Positions 1 through 8,831 of a DNA stretch of 32,000 bases are shown here, one piece after another. Every line of letters starts with the position of its first letter. Within the stretch, counting starts at the first letter, position 1. Below the pieces are notes generated by a model, which was given only the letters and a program-made list of their open reading frames with translations, had not been told where the DNA came from and ran no database searches. The position numbers and the translations under genes are program-made. Where the stretch lies: positions 54,189-86,188 of the forward strand of contig LVZN01000084.1 of the NCBI GenBank assembly GCA_001695645.1, given 5' to 3'. The stretch comes from Erysipelotrichaceae bacterium MTC7. GTDB taxonomy: Bacteria; Bacillota_I; Bacilli_A; Erysipelotrichales; Erysipelotrichaceae.

Positions 1-75
1 TTAGGTAAAAAATCATTAAAAGAAGTTAAAGATAAGATTTATGATTTGGGGCTTAGCTTCAAATCTTACGAATAG
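1..75 (+). CDS. rpoA: DNA-directed RNA polymerase alpha subunit, 3' end only (last 24 codons plus stop)
   Basis: Frame 1 reads LGKKSLKEVKDKIYDLGLSFKSYE*, which resembles the end of the alpha C-terminal domain. It lies directly upstream of rplQ, as in the conserved rpoA-rplQ arrangement. Confidence 0.6.
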   Translation, partial: LGKKSLKEVKDKIYDLGLSFKSYE

Positions 76-92
76 AAGGAGTATGAGGTATT

Positions 93-458
93 ATGAGAAA
101 TCGTAAACTAGGACGTAAAGCAGATCACCGTAAAGCAATGCTTAGAAACCTTGCAACTTCTGTTATCGTTTCTGAAAGTGTTGAAACTACAGAAATGAAA
201 GCAAAAGAAGTTAGTTCTGTGGTTGAAAAATTAATCACACTTGCAAAAAGAGGTGACTTACATGCACGTCGTCAAGCTGCAGCTTATGTACGTGATATCG
301 TAGCTGATGAAGCAACTGGACAAACAGCTCTACAAAAATTATTCTCTGAGATTGGACCTATGTACCAAGACCGTAATGGGGGATACACAAGAGTTGTAAA
401 AACAAGAAACCGTCGTGGTGACAACGCTACAATGGCAATTGTACAATTAGTTAAATAA
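93..458 (+). CDS. rplQ: 50S ribosomal protein L17 (bL17)
   Basis: 121-aa ORF starting [20 protein letters not shown], a typical L17 N-terminus. GGAG Shine-Dalgarno lies about 10 nt upstream and a hairpin terminator follows. Confidence 0.97.
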   Translation: MRNRKLGRKADHRKAMLRNLATSVIVSESVETTEMKAKEVSSVVEKLITLAKRGDLHARRQAAAYVRDIVADEATGQTALQKLFSEIGPMYQDRNGGYTRVVKTRNRRGDNATMAIVQLVK

Positions 459-464
459 TTGGTA

Positions 465-488
465 GAGGACTTCGGTCCTCTTTTTTTT
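465..488 (+). terminator. Intrinsic terminator after rplQ
   Basis: GAGGAC-TTCG-GTCCTC hairpin (465-480) followed by T8 (481-488). Confidence 0.85.
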
Positions 489-489
489 G

Positions 490-518
490 TTGTAAAACAA
501 ATCTGGTTCATCTACAAT
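490..518 (+). promoter_or_regulatory. Sigma-A-type promoter for the SseB-like gene
   Basis: TTGTAA (490-495), 17-nt spacer, TACAAT (513-518). Confidence 0.5.
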
Positions 519-545
519 GAAGATAGTAATAGATAGGGAGCACGT

Positions 546-1337
546 ATGGAAGAAAGAAAAAAACGGGAAAGACAAAAGGCATTGCAAGATGCACTTGCGG
601 CATATCAACTTTCTGCTGATAGTAAAAGACAGGAACAAGTTCACGCGTGTTTAAAAGAAGTGCATTTACTTGCCCCAGTGCAAACAAGCGCTTTATTAGC
701 AAGACACATGCATAAAAATACAGAAGTGCATGCATATCAAGATGCGAATTTCATCATGGTGATTGATGAAGAAAATGATTTGTATTATCCGGTCTTTAGT
801 AGCAAAGAAGCGTTTTGTCAGTTTACATCTGACCAAAATTATGATGGAATCGAGATTACACTCGCTGATTTTGAATTGCTTTTGTGTGGGCAAAAAGAAG
901 TTAGAGGGTTGGTCATTGACGTACAAAGTAGTAATTATAAACTTTGCCTGGAAGATATCTTACACATTACGCACCATGAACACTGTCGTCAAGTGGATAC
1001 GCATATGGTTTGTGAAATTGAAGATCGAAATTTCTATTTAACGCGGGAACTATCTCAGTATTTGGTTCAAGTTCCGCAAGTGCGAGCTGCCTACTTGCAA
1101 CGCATGCATGAGCATCAACAAATCAGTTATCTGCTTACTTTGGATACGGATGAATTTCAAGATGTCTCTGAACAAATCACAGACTTTCTATTTCCCCTGA
1201 TTTACGAAACGGGAGATAGCGTTGATTTGATTGCTATGGCAACAAGATTTGGCGAGAAACTCACAAGAGAAGTAAAACCATTTTACGAACGTAAAGAGCA
1301 TTTACTCAAGCGTATCTTACCAACGGATTTTAAGTAA
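546..1337 (+). CDS. Hypothetical protein, possibly SseB-family (two-domain, enhanced-serine-sensitivity-like)
   Basis: 263-aa ORF with GGGAG SD 7 nt upstream. The segment NDLYYPVFSSKEAFCQF resembles the SseB N-terminal motif. The C-terminal half (VRAAYLQRM...YLLTLD) resembles the SseB C-domain. Family assignment is from memory only. Confidence 0.45.
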   Translation: MEERKKRERQKALQDALAAYQLSADSKRQEQVHACLKEVHLLAPVQTSALLARHMHKNTEVHAYQDANFIMVIDEENDLYYPVFSSKEAFCQFTSDQNYDGIEITLADFELLLCGQKEVRGLVIDVQSSNYKLCLEDILHITHHEHCRQVDTHMVCEIEDRNFYLTRELSQYLVQVPQVRAAYLQRMHEHQQISYLLTLDTDEFQDVSEQITDFLFPLIYETGDSVDLIAMATRFGEKLTREVKPFYERKEHLLKRILPTDFK

Positions 1338-1362
1338 AAGTCTTGTATTGCCAAGACTTTTT
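1338..1362 (+). terminator. Intrinsic terminator
   Basis: AAGTCTTG-TATTGC-CAAGACTT hairpin followed by TTT. Confidence 0.7.
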
Positions 1363-1369
1363 CATTTCA

Positions 1370-1398
1370 TTGAGTGTCATCTACTTATTTGATATAAT
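1370..1398 (+). promoter_or_regulatory. Sigma-A-type promoter for the lipoprotein/methyltransferase unit
   Basis: TTGAGT (1370-1375), 17-nt spacer, TATAAT (1393-1398). Confidence 0.55.
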
Positions 1399-1422
1399 CG
1401 GTATAGAAAAAGAGGAACGATA

Positions 1423-2436
1423 ATGAAAAAACTATTGGCACTTTGCATTGTTGTCGTACTAGCAGGATGTAGTACGAGTGGTCGCGATGCCATCTTATCA
1501 AGTGAAGAGAAACACACATTGGAAGACTATGGTGTATTGGATTATGTGAAAAACGATTGTAAAAACATTCGCACGGTTCAAAAAATGTTACACGAAGACT
1601 TTAAAAAAGAACATGTGAAAGCATACTGTGGTTTAAACGTTAGTAAAACCGAATTCATCAATCCACTACTTGATCTTGGTTTTAGCACAAAGCAAGTCAA
1701 AGCACTCGTTGCTTTGGATTACTTGGATGCAAAACGTTTGGAGCGTTACGATGCATATGCACAAAAAAATCCCGAAGTTTCAATGGAAGATGTTGTGCTC
1801 GCGGTTAATCTGGATCAAGATGAAACAGCCTATGAAAATATCACATTGGTTGAAGATGAAAGTCTTGATGTGCTAATCAACAAGCATTATGGTTTACCTG
1901 AAGGATATGTTCCAAGTGACTTGGTTGAAATTCAATCGGTGTGCCTGCAGGGTAGTGATTACTCCTGTTCGACGATGGATAAACAACAACTACGCAAAGC
2001 AGCCGTAGCTGATTATGAAGCATTTGTCGCTTATGTAAAAGAAAAGAAAAACTATGATATTGTATCCATTGCAAGTTATCGTTCTTACGATTATCAAAAA
2101 AACTTGTATGCCTATTGGAAAGGTGAAAATGGTGAAGCGTATGCTGATACCTATTATGCAAGACCTGGGCATAGCGAACACAATGGTGGATTAGCAATTG
2201 ATATTAGTGTTCGTGGATTTCCATTCAATGAACTGGATACATTTGAAGATTATGAATATCTTGTGGAAACCTTTAAAGACTATGGTTTTGTCTTACGATA
2301 TCCTGAAGATAAAGTGGACGTTACAGGATATGGTGCTGAAGCATGGCATTTCCGTTACGTCGGTAAAGAACTGGCACAAAAACTATATACAAGTGGTATG
2401 ACTCTTGATGAATATCATGCGTTGGAGGCTCGATAA
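1423..2436 (+). CDS. Lipoprotein, VanY-type D-alanyl-D-alanine carboxypeptidase (peptidase M15B)
   Basis: Lipobox signal peptide MKKLLALCIVVVLAGC. M15 zinc-site motifs HSEHNGGLAIDI and AWHFRYVG are present. Confidence 0.85.
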   Translation: MKKLLALCIVVVLAGCSTSGRDAILSSEEKHTLEDYGVLDYVKNDCKNIRTVQKMLHEDFKKEHVKAYCGLNVSKTEFINPLLDLGFSTKQVKALVALDYLDAKRLERYDAYAQKNPEVSMEDVVLAVNLDQDETAYENITLVEDESLDVLINKHYGLPEGYVPSDLVEIQSVCLQGSDYSCSTMDKQQLRKAAVADYEAFVAYVKEKKNYDIVSIASYRSYDYQKNLYAYWKGENGEAYADTYYARPGHSEHNGGLAIDISVRGFPFNELDTFEDYEYLVETFKDYGFVLRYPEDKVDVTGYGAEAWHFRYVGKELAQKLYTSGMTLDEYHALEAR

Positions 2437-3584
2437 TGAAAAAAATCGGATTGATTGGTTTGTGTATATTGCTCGTTGCTTGTAGTTCACCTAAAGTAGA
2501 CGAAGCAAAAGACAATCCAAAAAAAGAAGCAAAAGATACAGTCGTATCATTTTTTGCAGTAGGGGATAACTTACTGCACGATACGATTAACTATGAAGCA
2601 AAAGAATATGGAAAGGAAAGTGGTCGAAACTACGACTATCGTCCATTCTACAAAAACTTCAAAAAACAAATCCAAGAAGCAGACGTGTCTTTTATTAACC
2701 AAGAAACGTTAGTTGGTGGCGAAGAACTAGGCATCTCTGGTTATCCAAATTTCAACTCACCCAAAGAAGTTGCCACAGATATTGCAACAACGGGATTCGA
2801 TTTAGTTAATCTAGCAAGTAATCACAGTTTGGATCGAGGAAGTGAAGGAATTGCAAATGCATTAAAGTATTTCGATGAACAAAAGGAACTGACGACGGCT
2901 GGAATCAATGACAGTGCAGAAAGACAAAGTCAAATAGCAACGTTTAAAAAAGAAGGAATCACGTTCTCCTTTTTGGCGTATACATACGGAACCAATGGAA
3001 TTCTGCCAGCCAATTCTTATGAAATCAATTATTTTGGTGATGAAAGAATTGCGCAAGATGTAGCGAAAGCGAAAGAACTTAGTGATGTTGTCATTGTTTC
3101 TGCACACTGGGGTGATGAAAACTCATTTGCATTGAACGATATGCAAAAACACTATGCACAAGTGTTTGCCGATGCGGGTGTAGATGTGGTTATTGGAACG
3201 CATCCACACGTTGTGCAACCAAATACATGGGTGCAAGGACAAGATGGTCATACAACCTATGTGATTTATTCCCTGGGAAATTTTTTAGGGGGTATGTTGG
3301 ATACGAAAAATATTGTAGGAAGTTATGCAACGTTTGATGTTATCAAAGATGCGAAAACGAAAGAAATTCGAGTCGCTAATGAAGATGTAAAACCATTGGT
3401 GATTGATTTTCATGGAAACCAAGCAAACATCTTAGATGAACGCTATGATTACCAAGTTATGCCTTTGACCAAGGACTACGATAAAATTGCAGCTGAGCAT
3501 GTACTTAATGGATATGAAGGGCAAGTTGTATCGTATGCGGAACTAATGAGGATGTGGACCTATGGAACAAAACGTGAAATCTAA
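2436..3584 (+). CDS. Lipoprotein, CapA/PgsA-family metallophosphoesterase-like protein
   Basis: Lipobox MKKIGLIGLCILLVAC. CapA-type motifs AVGDNLLHD, NLASNHSLDRG, SAHWGDE and GTHPHVVQP are present. The ATG overlaps the upstream TAA (TAATG). Confidence 0.85.
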   Translation: MKKIGLIGLCILLVACSSPKVDEAKDNPKKEAKDTVVSFFAVGDNLLHDTINYEAKEYGKESGRNYDYRPFYKNFKKQIQEADVSFINQETLVGGEELGISGYPNFNSPKEVATDIATTGFDLVNLASNHSLDRGSEGIANALKYFDEQKELTTAGINDSAERQSQIATFKKEGITFSFLAYTYGTNGILPANSYEINYFGDERIAQDVAKAKELSDVVIVSAHWGDENSFALNDMQKHYAQVFADAGVDVVIGTHPHVVQPNTWVQGQDGHTTYVIYSLGNFLGGMLDTKNIVGSYATFDVIKDAKTKEIRVANEDVKPLVIDFHGNQANILDERYDYQVMPLTKDYDKIAAEHVLNGYEGQVVSYAELMRMWTYGTKREI

Positions 3585-4164
3585 ACTTGAACAAATGGAA
3601 GTATATGCCAGCAAACATGATGTACCCATCATGCAAAAAGCAGGTATTGCATTTCTACAAACGTACATTCACGAACACAACGTCACACGAATTTTGGAAT
3701 TGGGTAGTGCCATTGGTTATTCTGCAATTCAAATGGCAATTGTAAATCCAAACATTCAAGTGGACAGTGTGGAGCGAGATGATGATCGCTACAAACAAGC
3801 GTGTCAAAATGTGAAAGATTGTCAGTTAGAAAATCAAATTCATTTATTTCATGCAGATGCTTTGCATTTTGAAACCAACCAAAGTTATGATTTGATTTTC
3901 ATCGATGCTGCAAAAGCACAGTATATCAAATTCTTTGAACGTTATGAACCAAATGTAAACGTTGGTGGTGTATTTATCAGTGATAACTTAGAGTTTCATG
4001 GCATGGTACACGATATTGAACATATCAAAAACCGCAACACGCGACAACTGGTTCGCAAGATTGCCAAATTTCATGACTATTTGCTGGAACGCAGCGATTA
4101 TAAAACAACCTTCTATGCAATTGGTGATGGGATTGCCGTTAGTGAAAAGCAAAAAGATTCGTAA
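3562..4164 (+). CDS. Class I SAM-dependent O-methyltransferase (family 3, YrrM/TrmR-like)
   Basis: 200-aa ORF with SAM-binding ILELGSAIGYSA and FIDAAK motifs. GAGGA SD lies 9 nt upstream. It overlaps the CapA-like gene by 23 nt. Confidence 0.8.
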   Translation: MEQNVKSKLEQMEVYASKHDVPIMQKAGIAFLQTYIHEHNVTRILELGSAIGYSAIQMAIVNPNIQVDSVERDDDRYKQACQNVKDCQLENQIHLFHADALHFETNQSYDLIFIDAAKAQYIKFFERYEPNVNVGGVFISDNLEFHGMVHDIEHIKNRNTRQLVRKIAKFHDYLLERSDYKTTFYAIGDGIAVSEKQKDS

Positions 4165-4220
4165 AAGACAGATGGAATCATTATGTGTTATAATATGAAT
4201 ATCTATTTATGGAGGATAAC

Positions 4221-4739
4221 ATGAAAAAAACATTAGGATTACTTGCTGCCCTAACAGCAGCGGCAGCTGTAGCTGTATATAAATTATCAAAAGACGATGA
4301 AAAGAAAGTAAAAGAGTTGGACGACAGTAAAGAAAAAATCTTACGTTCTGTTGAAGAAAAAGGATTTGAACCTGTTTCAGATGAAAAAGAAGAAACAAGT
4401 TTTGTCTCAAATGCGTATCCACATCTAAATGAAGTAGATTTGGTAGCATTAACAAAGAAAAATGATGAGATGTTTGCATCGATTGCGGACTTGCAACCAA
4501 CGGATGAGTATCCAATTCAACACATGATTCAATTCAGTAAACCAATCGATATGGAAGAGTTCAAAAACATTGTCATTTCGGAAGGATATGTCATTACGAA
4601 TGGTGAAAAAGAAAACGAACTGTTGGTGTTGCACATTTCAAAAATGGATCACGATGACATCAGTGCTAAAGTGTTCTATTTGGCAGATCTTGCCAAAGCG
4701 CACGATGGTGTATACGAAGGATGGATTTGTAAAAAGTAG
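4221..4739 (+). CDS. Membrane-anchored protein with a C-terminal RraB-like (ribonuclease E inhibitor fold) domain
   Basis: Start moved to the ATG at 4221 because GGAGGA lies 5 nt upstream. N-terminal TM segment LGLLAALTAAAAVAVY. The C-terminal segment HMIQF...GYVI...LVLHIS...AKAHDGVYEGW resembles the RraB family pattern. Confidence 0.5.
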   Translation: MKKTLGLLAALTAAAAVAVYKLSKDDEKKVKELDDSKEKILRSVEEKGFEPVSDEKEETSFVSNAYPHLNEVDLVALTKKNDEMFASIADLQPTDEYPIQHMIQFSKPIDMEEFKNIVISEGYVITNGEKENELLVLHISKMDHDDISAKVFYLADLAKAHDGVYEGWICKK

Positions 4740-4760
4740 TGATGATTCACTGCTTTTTTT
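4736..4760 (+). terminator. Intrinsic terminator
   Basis: GTAGTGA-TGAT-TCACTGC hairpin overlapping the stop codon, then T7. Confidence 0.7.
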
Positions 4761-4786
4761 CGCTTTTTAGGGCATACGAATATGCG

Positions 4787-4815
4787 TTGTGTCATGACAG
4801 AAAAAGTAGTATAAT
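4787..4815 (+). promoter_or_regulatory. Sigma-A-type promoter for ecfA1-ecfA2-ecfT-truA
   Basis: TTGTGT (4787-4792), 17-nt spacer, TATAAT (4810-4815). Confidence 0.55.
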
Positions 4816-4844
4816 AAGTATAATTTTGAGAAAGGACTGATGGC

Positions 4845-5666
4845 ATGATTAAAGTAGAAGATTTACATTTCAGTTATGATGAACATGATGAAACCATCAA
4901 AGGCGTAAGCTTTGAAGTGGAAGCAGGGAGTTATACCTCAATCATTGGTCATAACGGAAGTGGAAAAAGTACAATTGCAAAACTGCTCATTGGCTTATTA
5001 GAGAAAAGCAGTGGGAACATTGTGATTAACGATATGGAATTGAATGAAGAAAATCTCTATGCGATTCGTGCTTTGATTGGTGTCGTTTTTCAAAACCCGG
5101 ATAACCAGTTTATTGGTTCAACGGTAGCAGATGATATTGCCTTTGGTTTGGAAAATAAACAAGTCCCACAGGAGCAAATGCAACCGATCATTGATAAGTT
5201 TTCAAAGATTGTTGGGATGTATGACTTTTTGGACCGTGAACCTACCAGTTTGTCTGGTGGTCAAAAACAGCGAGTTGCTATTGCTGGTGTATTAGCGATG
5301 GATTTAAAGGTGATCATTCTTGATGAAGCTGCAAGTATGTTAGACCCACGTGGAAAAAAGGAAATTCATGAATTGATCAACAAACTGCATGAAGAAGAAA
5401 ACCTAACGGTTATTTCGATTACACATGATATGGAAGAAGTGCTACGTAGTGATAAAGTTATCGTGCTTGATCACGGACATGTGAAAATGAGTGGAACGCC
5501 AGCAGAAATACTTCAACATGAGGATGAACTTGTGGCGTTGGAGTTGGATGTTCCCTTCGTCTATAAAGTGCAAAAAGAACTAAAAAACATTGGGGTTGAA
5601 ATGGAAACCCAAGTAAGCGTTGAAGGGGTGGTGGAGCAACTATGTCGATTACATTCAAAAATCTAA
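4845..5666 (+). CDS. ecfA1: Energy-coupling factor (ECF) transporter ATPase 1
   Basis: Walker A GHNGSGKST, signature LSGGQKQR, Walker B IILDEA. It is first of the conserved ecfA-ecfA'-ecfT-truA block. Confidence 0.93.
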   Translation: MIKVEDLHFSYDEHDETIKGVSFEVEAGSYTSIIGHNGSGKSTIAKLLIGLLEKSSGNIVINDMELNEENLYAIRALIGVVFQNPDNQFIGSTVADDIAFGLENKQVPQEQMQPIIDKFSKIVGMYDFLDREPTSLSGGQKQRVAIAGVLAMDLKVIILDEAASMLDPRGKKEIHELINKLHEEENLTVISITHDMEEVLRSDKVIVLDHGHVKMSGTPAEILQHEDELVALELDVPFVYKVQKELKNIGVEMETQVSVEGVVEQLCRLHSKI

Positions 5667-6499
5667 GTCACACCTACAACGAAAAAACACCCTTTCCGTC
5701 AGCTGCCTTAAATAACATCAACCTAACGATAGAAGAAGGCACTTTTACTGCAATTATTGGTGAAACTGGTAGTGGAAAAAGTACCCTTGTTCAACATCTC
5801 AATGCGTTGTTGTTACCGACAGCTGGTGAAGTGGATGTCAATGGGTTTGTGATTAAAGCAGATGAAAAAATTAAAAACTTAAAAAGTTTACGTCGTAAAG
5901 TAGGATTGGTATTTCAATTTCCAGAATATCAACTATTTGAAGAAACCATTGAAAGTGATGTAGCTTTCGGTCCAAAAAACTTTGGTATTGAAGAAAGCAT
6001 TGCAAAAGCAAAAGCACGTGAAGTGCTGGAACTAGTCGGTTTAGATGAAAGCTATCTTAATCGTTCACCCTTTGATTTATCGGGAGGGCAAAAACGTCGT
6101 GTGGCCATTGCCGGAATTTTAGCATTTGATCCTGAAATCTTGGTGTTGGATGAACCAACGGCTGGACTTGATCCACAAGGTGCTAAAGAGATGATGGAGT
6201 TGTTTAAAAAACTTCATACGGATTATGGAAAAACCATTATTATGGTTACGCATGATATGGAACACGTCTTGAATTACTGTGATGATGTAATCTTGTTGAA
6301 AAACGGTGAAATCGCAATGAAAAGTGATGTGAAATCATTTTTTAAAGATGATTTGACGGTGCATGAACTTGATGTACAACCACCACACATTGTAGATTTA
6401 AAACGAAGATTAACAGCATGTGGATTTGCTGTAGATGAAGAAGCTTTTGATTTGCCAAGTTTAGTGGCAAGTTTAAAAGGAGAATTGCAACATGAGTAA
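5642..6499 (+). CDS. ecfA2: Energy-coupling factor (ECF) transporter ATPase 2
   Basis: Walker A GETGSGKST, signature LSGGQKRR, Walker B LVLDEP. It overlaps ecfA1 by 25 nt. Confidence 0.93.
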   Translation: MSITFKNLSHTYNEKTPFPSAALNNINLTIEEGTFTAIIGETGSGKSTLVQHLNALLLPTAGEVDVNGFVIKADEKIKNLKSLRRKVGLVFQFPEYQLFEETIESDVAFGPKNFGIEESIAKAKAREVLELVGLDESYLNRSPFDLSGGQKRRVAIAGILAFDPEILVLDEPTAGLDPQGAKEMMELFKKLHTDYGKTIIMVTHDMEHVLNYCDDVILLKNGEIAMKSDVKSFFKDDLTVHELDVQPPHIVDLKRRLTACGFAVDEEAFDLPSLVASLKGELQHE

Positions 6500-7292
6500 T
6501 ATGGTATTGGGTAGATATTTGCCACTGGATTCAAAAATCCACAGCATGGATCCACGCGCAAAAATTATGTGCATGCTGTTTTTACTGATTGCCATTTTTA
6601 TCCCAGCAGGCTATGTTGGATATGCAATCTTACTTGCCATTGTGTTTGTGGTTGTCTTAATGTCAAAAATTGGTTTACCGTATATTTTTAAAGCGATGAA
6701 ACCAATGTTGTTTATGATGATTTTCCTGTTTGTGATTAACATGTTAGTGATCAAACGAGGAAACTTGCTATTTGAACTTGGTTGGTTTTCAATTTATGAT
6801 GAAGCAATCTTTCAAACACTCTACATCGTCATCCGTTTACTGTTGATGATTAGTATTACCACATTGTTAACAGCAACAACAAAGCCACTGGATTTAACGC
6901 TGGGAATTGAAGATTTGCTTGGACCTTTCCAAAAGATTGGTTTACCAAGTCACATCATTGCGATGATGATTTCTATCGCGTTACGTTTCATTCCAACTTT
7001 GATTGAAGAAACCCAACGAATTATGAAAGCGCAAGCAAGTCGTGGTGTGGACTTTGAAGAAGGTAAATTCATGGAGAAGATTCGTAGTATTTTATCGCTT
7101 ATTGTGCCACTGTTTATTTCAGCTTTCCAAAGAGCAGAGGATTTGGCATATGCAATGGAAGCTAGAGGTTATGCACCGGAAAACAAACGGACACGTTATA
7201 AACTGTTAAAACTTAGGGCTTTTGATGTTGTAGCTATGATTTTTTGTGCGCTTGTAATTGCTGGTCTAGTTGGAGTAGCAATTCTTGTATGA
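6492..7292 (+). CDS. ecfT: ECF transporter transmembrane component T
   Basis: Polytopic 266-aa protein with EcfT/CbiQ motifs (EETQRIMKAQASRG, AEDLAYAMEARGY). It overlaps ecfA2 by 8 nt. Confidence 0.9.
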   Translation: MSNMVLGRYLPLDSKIHSMDPRAKIMCMLFLLIAIFIPAGYVGYAILLAIVFVVVLMSKIGLPYIFKAMKPMLFMMIFLFVINMLVIKRGNLLFELGWFSIYDEAIFQTLYIVIRLLLMISITTLLTATTKPLDLTLGIEDLLGPFQKIGLPSHIIAMMISIALRFIPTLIEETQRIMKAQASRGVDFEEGKFMEKIRSILSLIVPLFISAFQRAEDLAYAMEARGYAPENKRTRYKLLKLRAFDVVAMIFCALVIAGLVGVAILV

Positions 7293-8029
7293 GATACAAA
7301 GTAACGGTTGCGTATGATGGAAGTATGTACATTGGATGGCAAACCCAAAATCGCAACGATAGTATTGAAGAAGCAATCGAACATGTTTTAAAAACAATGC
7401 ATGGTTATGAGGTTGCCATTGTTGGTAGTGGGCGCACAGATGCTCGGGTGCATGCCAAAGGCCAGGTGTTCCACTTTGATTCCAATTTAGATATTGCAAG
7501 TGAACGGATGGTAGAAGCGCTAAATGCACAATTGGATAAAAGCATTCGTATTCAACAAGTAGAGCAAGTCGATGCTAACTTCCATGCACGATTTGATGCG
7601 TGTGCAAAGACCTATGAGTATTATCTAAGTCAAGATACAAAAAATCCATTCATTCGAAAATATATGGGCGTGGACTATCACCCAATGGATTTAGCATTGA
7701 TGCAACAAGCATGCCAAATTTTTGTTGGAACTCATGATTTTACGAGTTTTACATCAACAAAGATTCATCCAGATAAAGATCGAGAACGAACGATCTATAG
7801 TTTTAAAGTAAGCCAAGAAGGTGATGTGTTTCACTTTCAAGTACGTGGGAATTCGTTTTTGCGTTATATGGTACGCATGATGGTGCAAACAGTCATTATG
7901 GTGGGTAAAGGGAAAGAAAGTTTAGAAAGCGTACAAGCCATGTTAACTGCAAAAAGTAAACACGCTTGTAAATACAAAGCAGAGCCACAGGGGCTCTATT
8001 TAACGGAGGTAGAGTATGAAGAAAAATAA
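7289..8029 (+). CDS. truA: tRNA pseudouridine(38-40) synthase
   Basis: MRYKVTVAYDGSMYIGWQTQ... and the catalytic GSGRTDARVHA motif. The start is taken at the ATG in an ATGA overlap with the ecfT stop, rather than at 7244 as in the ORF track. Confidence 0.93.
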   Translation: MRYKVTVAYDGSMYIGWQTQNRNDSIEEAIEHVLKTMHGYEVAIVGSGRTDARVHAKGQVFHFDSNLDIASERMVEALNAQLDKSIRIQQVEQVDANFHARFDACAKTYEYYLSQDTKNPFIRKYMGVDYHPMDLALMQQACQIFVGTHDFTSFTSTKIHPDKDRERTIYSFKVSQEGDVFHFQVRGNSFLRYMVRMMVQTVIMVGKGKESLESVQAMLTAKSKHACKYKAEPQGLYLTEVEYEEK

Positions 8030-8810
8030 TTATCATACACATACCGAACGCTGCAAACATGCCAGTGGCTCAGATGAAGCATTTGTACAAAGTGCCATCA
8101 GTGCTGGGATTGAAGAACTTGGTTTCTCTGATCATACCCCTTGGAACTATGCACCAAGTAGTTTTAAAGGTAGCAACATTCGGATGTTTCTTGATGAATT
8201 TGCAGGCTATAAAAAAAGTATATTGGCCTTAAAAGAAAAGTACAAAGATCAAATTTCTATTAAATTAGGACTTGAAGCAGAGTTCTTTCCTGCATACATG
8301 GACTGGTTTACAAAGTTTGTCAAAGAAGAAGAAATCGACTATGTTATCCTAGGAAATCATTTCCATGGAAGTGACGAAGATGGTCCATATTATGGACATG
8401 CTTGTGATAAAGATGAATTACTAGAACTTTATAAACAAGATACGATTAAAGCACTGAAAACGGGAATCTATAGTTATTTGGCACACCCGGATTTATTTAT
8501 GCGTGGACGTAAAAACTTTGACCACTTTGCGGAAAAAATCTCACGAGAAATCTGTGAAGCTTGTAAGGAAATGGATGTTCCATTGGAATATAACTTAGCA
8601 GGGGCTGAGGTAAGTCGAATGAGTCATGTGCAACAATACCCACACCCAGAGTTTTGGAAGATTGCAGCTGAAGTTGGAAATAAAGCCATTATTGGGTTTG
8701 ATGCACACAGCAATCGCCAATTGGAAAATGAGTATTATTACAAGCAAGCGCTTAGTCACTTAGATGCATTAGGAATGGAAGTTATAGACACAATCAACTT
8801 TTTACGATAA
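8016..8810 (+). CDS. PHP-domain phosphatase, HisJ-family histidinol-phosphatase-like
   Basis: N-terminal YHTHTERCKHASG metal-binding motif and downstream His/Asp motifs (FSDH, LGNHFHG, LAHPD, GFDAHS). Confidence 0.75.
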   Translation: MKKNNYHTHTERCKHASGSDEAFVQSAISAGIEELGFSDHTPWNYAPSSFKGSNIRMFLDEFAGYKKSILALKEKYKDQISIKLGLEAEFFPAYMDWFTKFVKEEEIDYVILGNHFHGSDEDGPYYGHACDKDELLELYKQDTIKALKTGIYSYLAHPDLFMRGRKNFDHFAEKISREICEACKEMDVPLEYNLAGAEVSRMSHVQQYPHPEFWKIAAEVGNKAIIGFDAHSNRQLENEYYYKQALSHLDALGMEVIDTINFLR

Positions 8811-8831
8811 TCTAAAGTTGAAGGTGATCTT

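Noticed and set aside
763-1041. Alternate-frame 92-aa ORF inside the SseB-like gene, and similar short same-strand ORFs
   Set aside because: The other examples include 1670-1876, 2198-2401, 3998-4198, 4570-4770, 14845-15087, 23660-23872 and 28063-28254. All are nested out of frame within longer, better-supported CDSs. Their composition is odd (Trp/Cys/Met-rich) and none has an SD.
7244-7288. N-terminal extensions given by the ORF track
   Set aside because: The affected track starts are truA 7244, DUF4230 10752, argC 21604, argD 24814, DUF1700 29830, DUF4097 30482, the orphan gene 18627, RraB-like 4209, ferredoxin 11678 and XRE 13211. In each case the extension lies inside the upstream gene or promoter and lacks an SD. 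An internal ATG has a strong GGAGG-type SD and yields the family-typical N-terminus.
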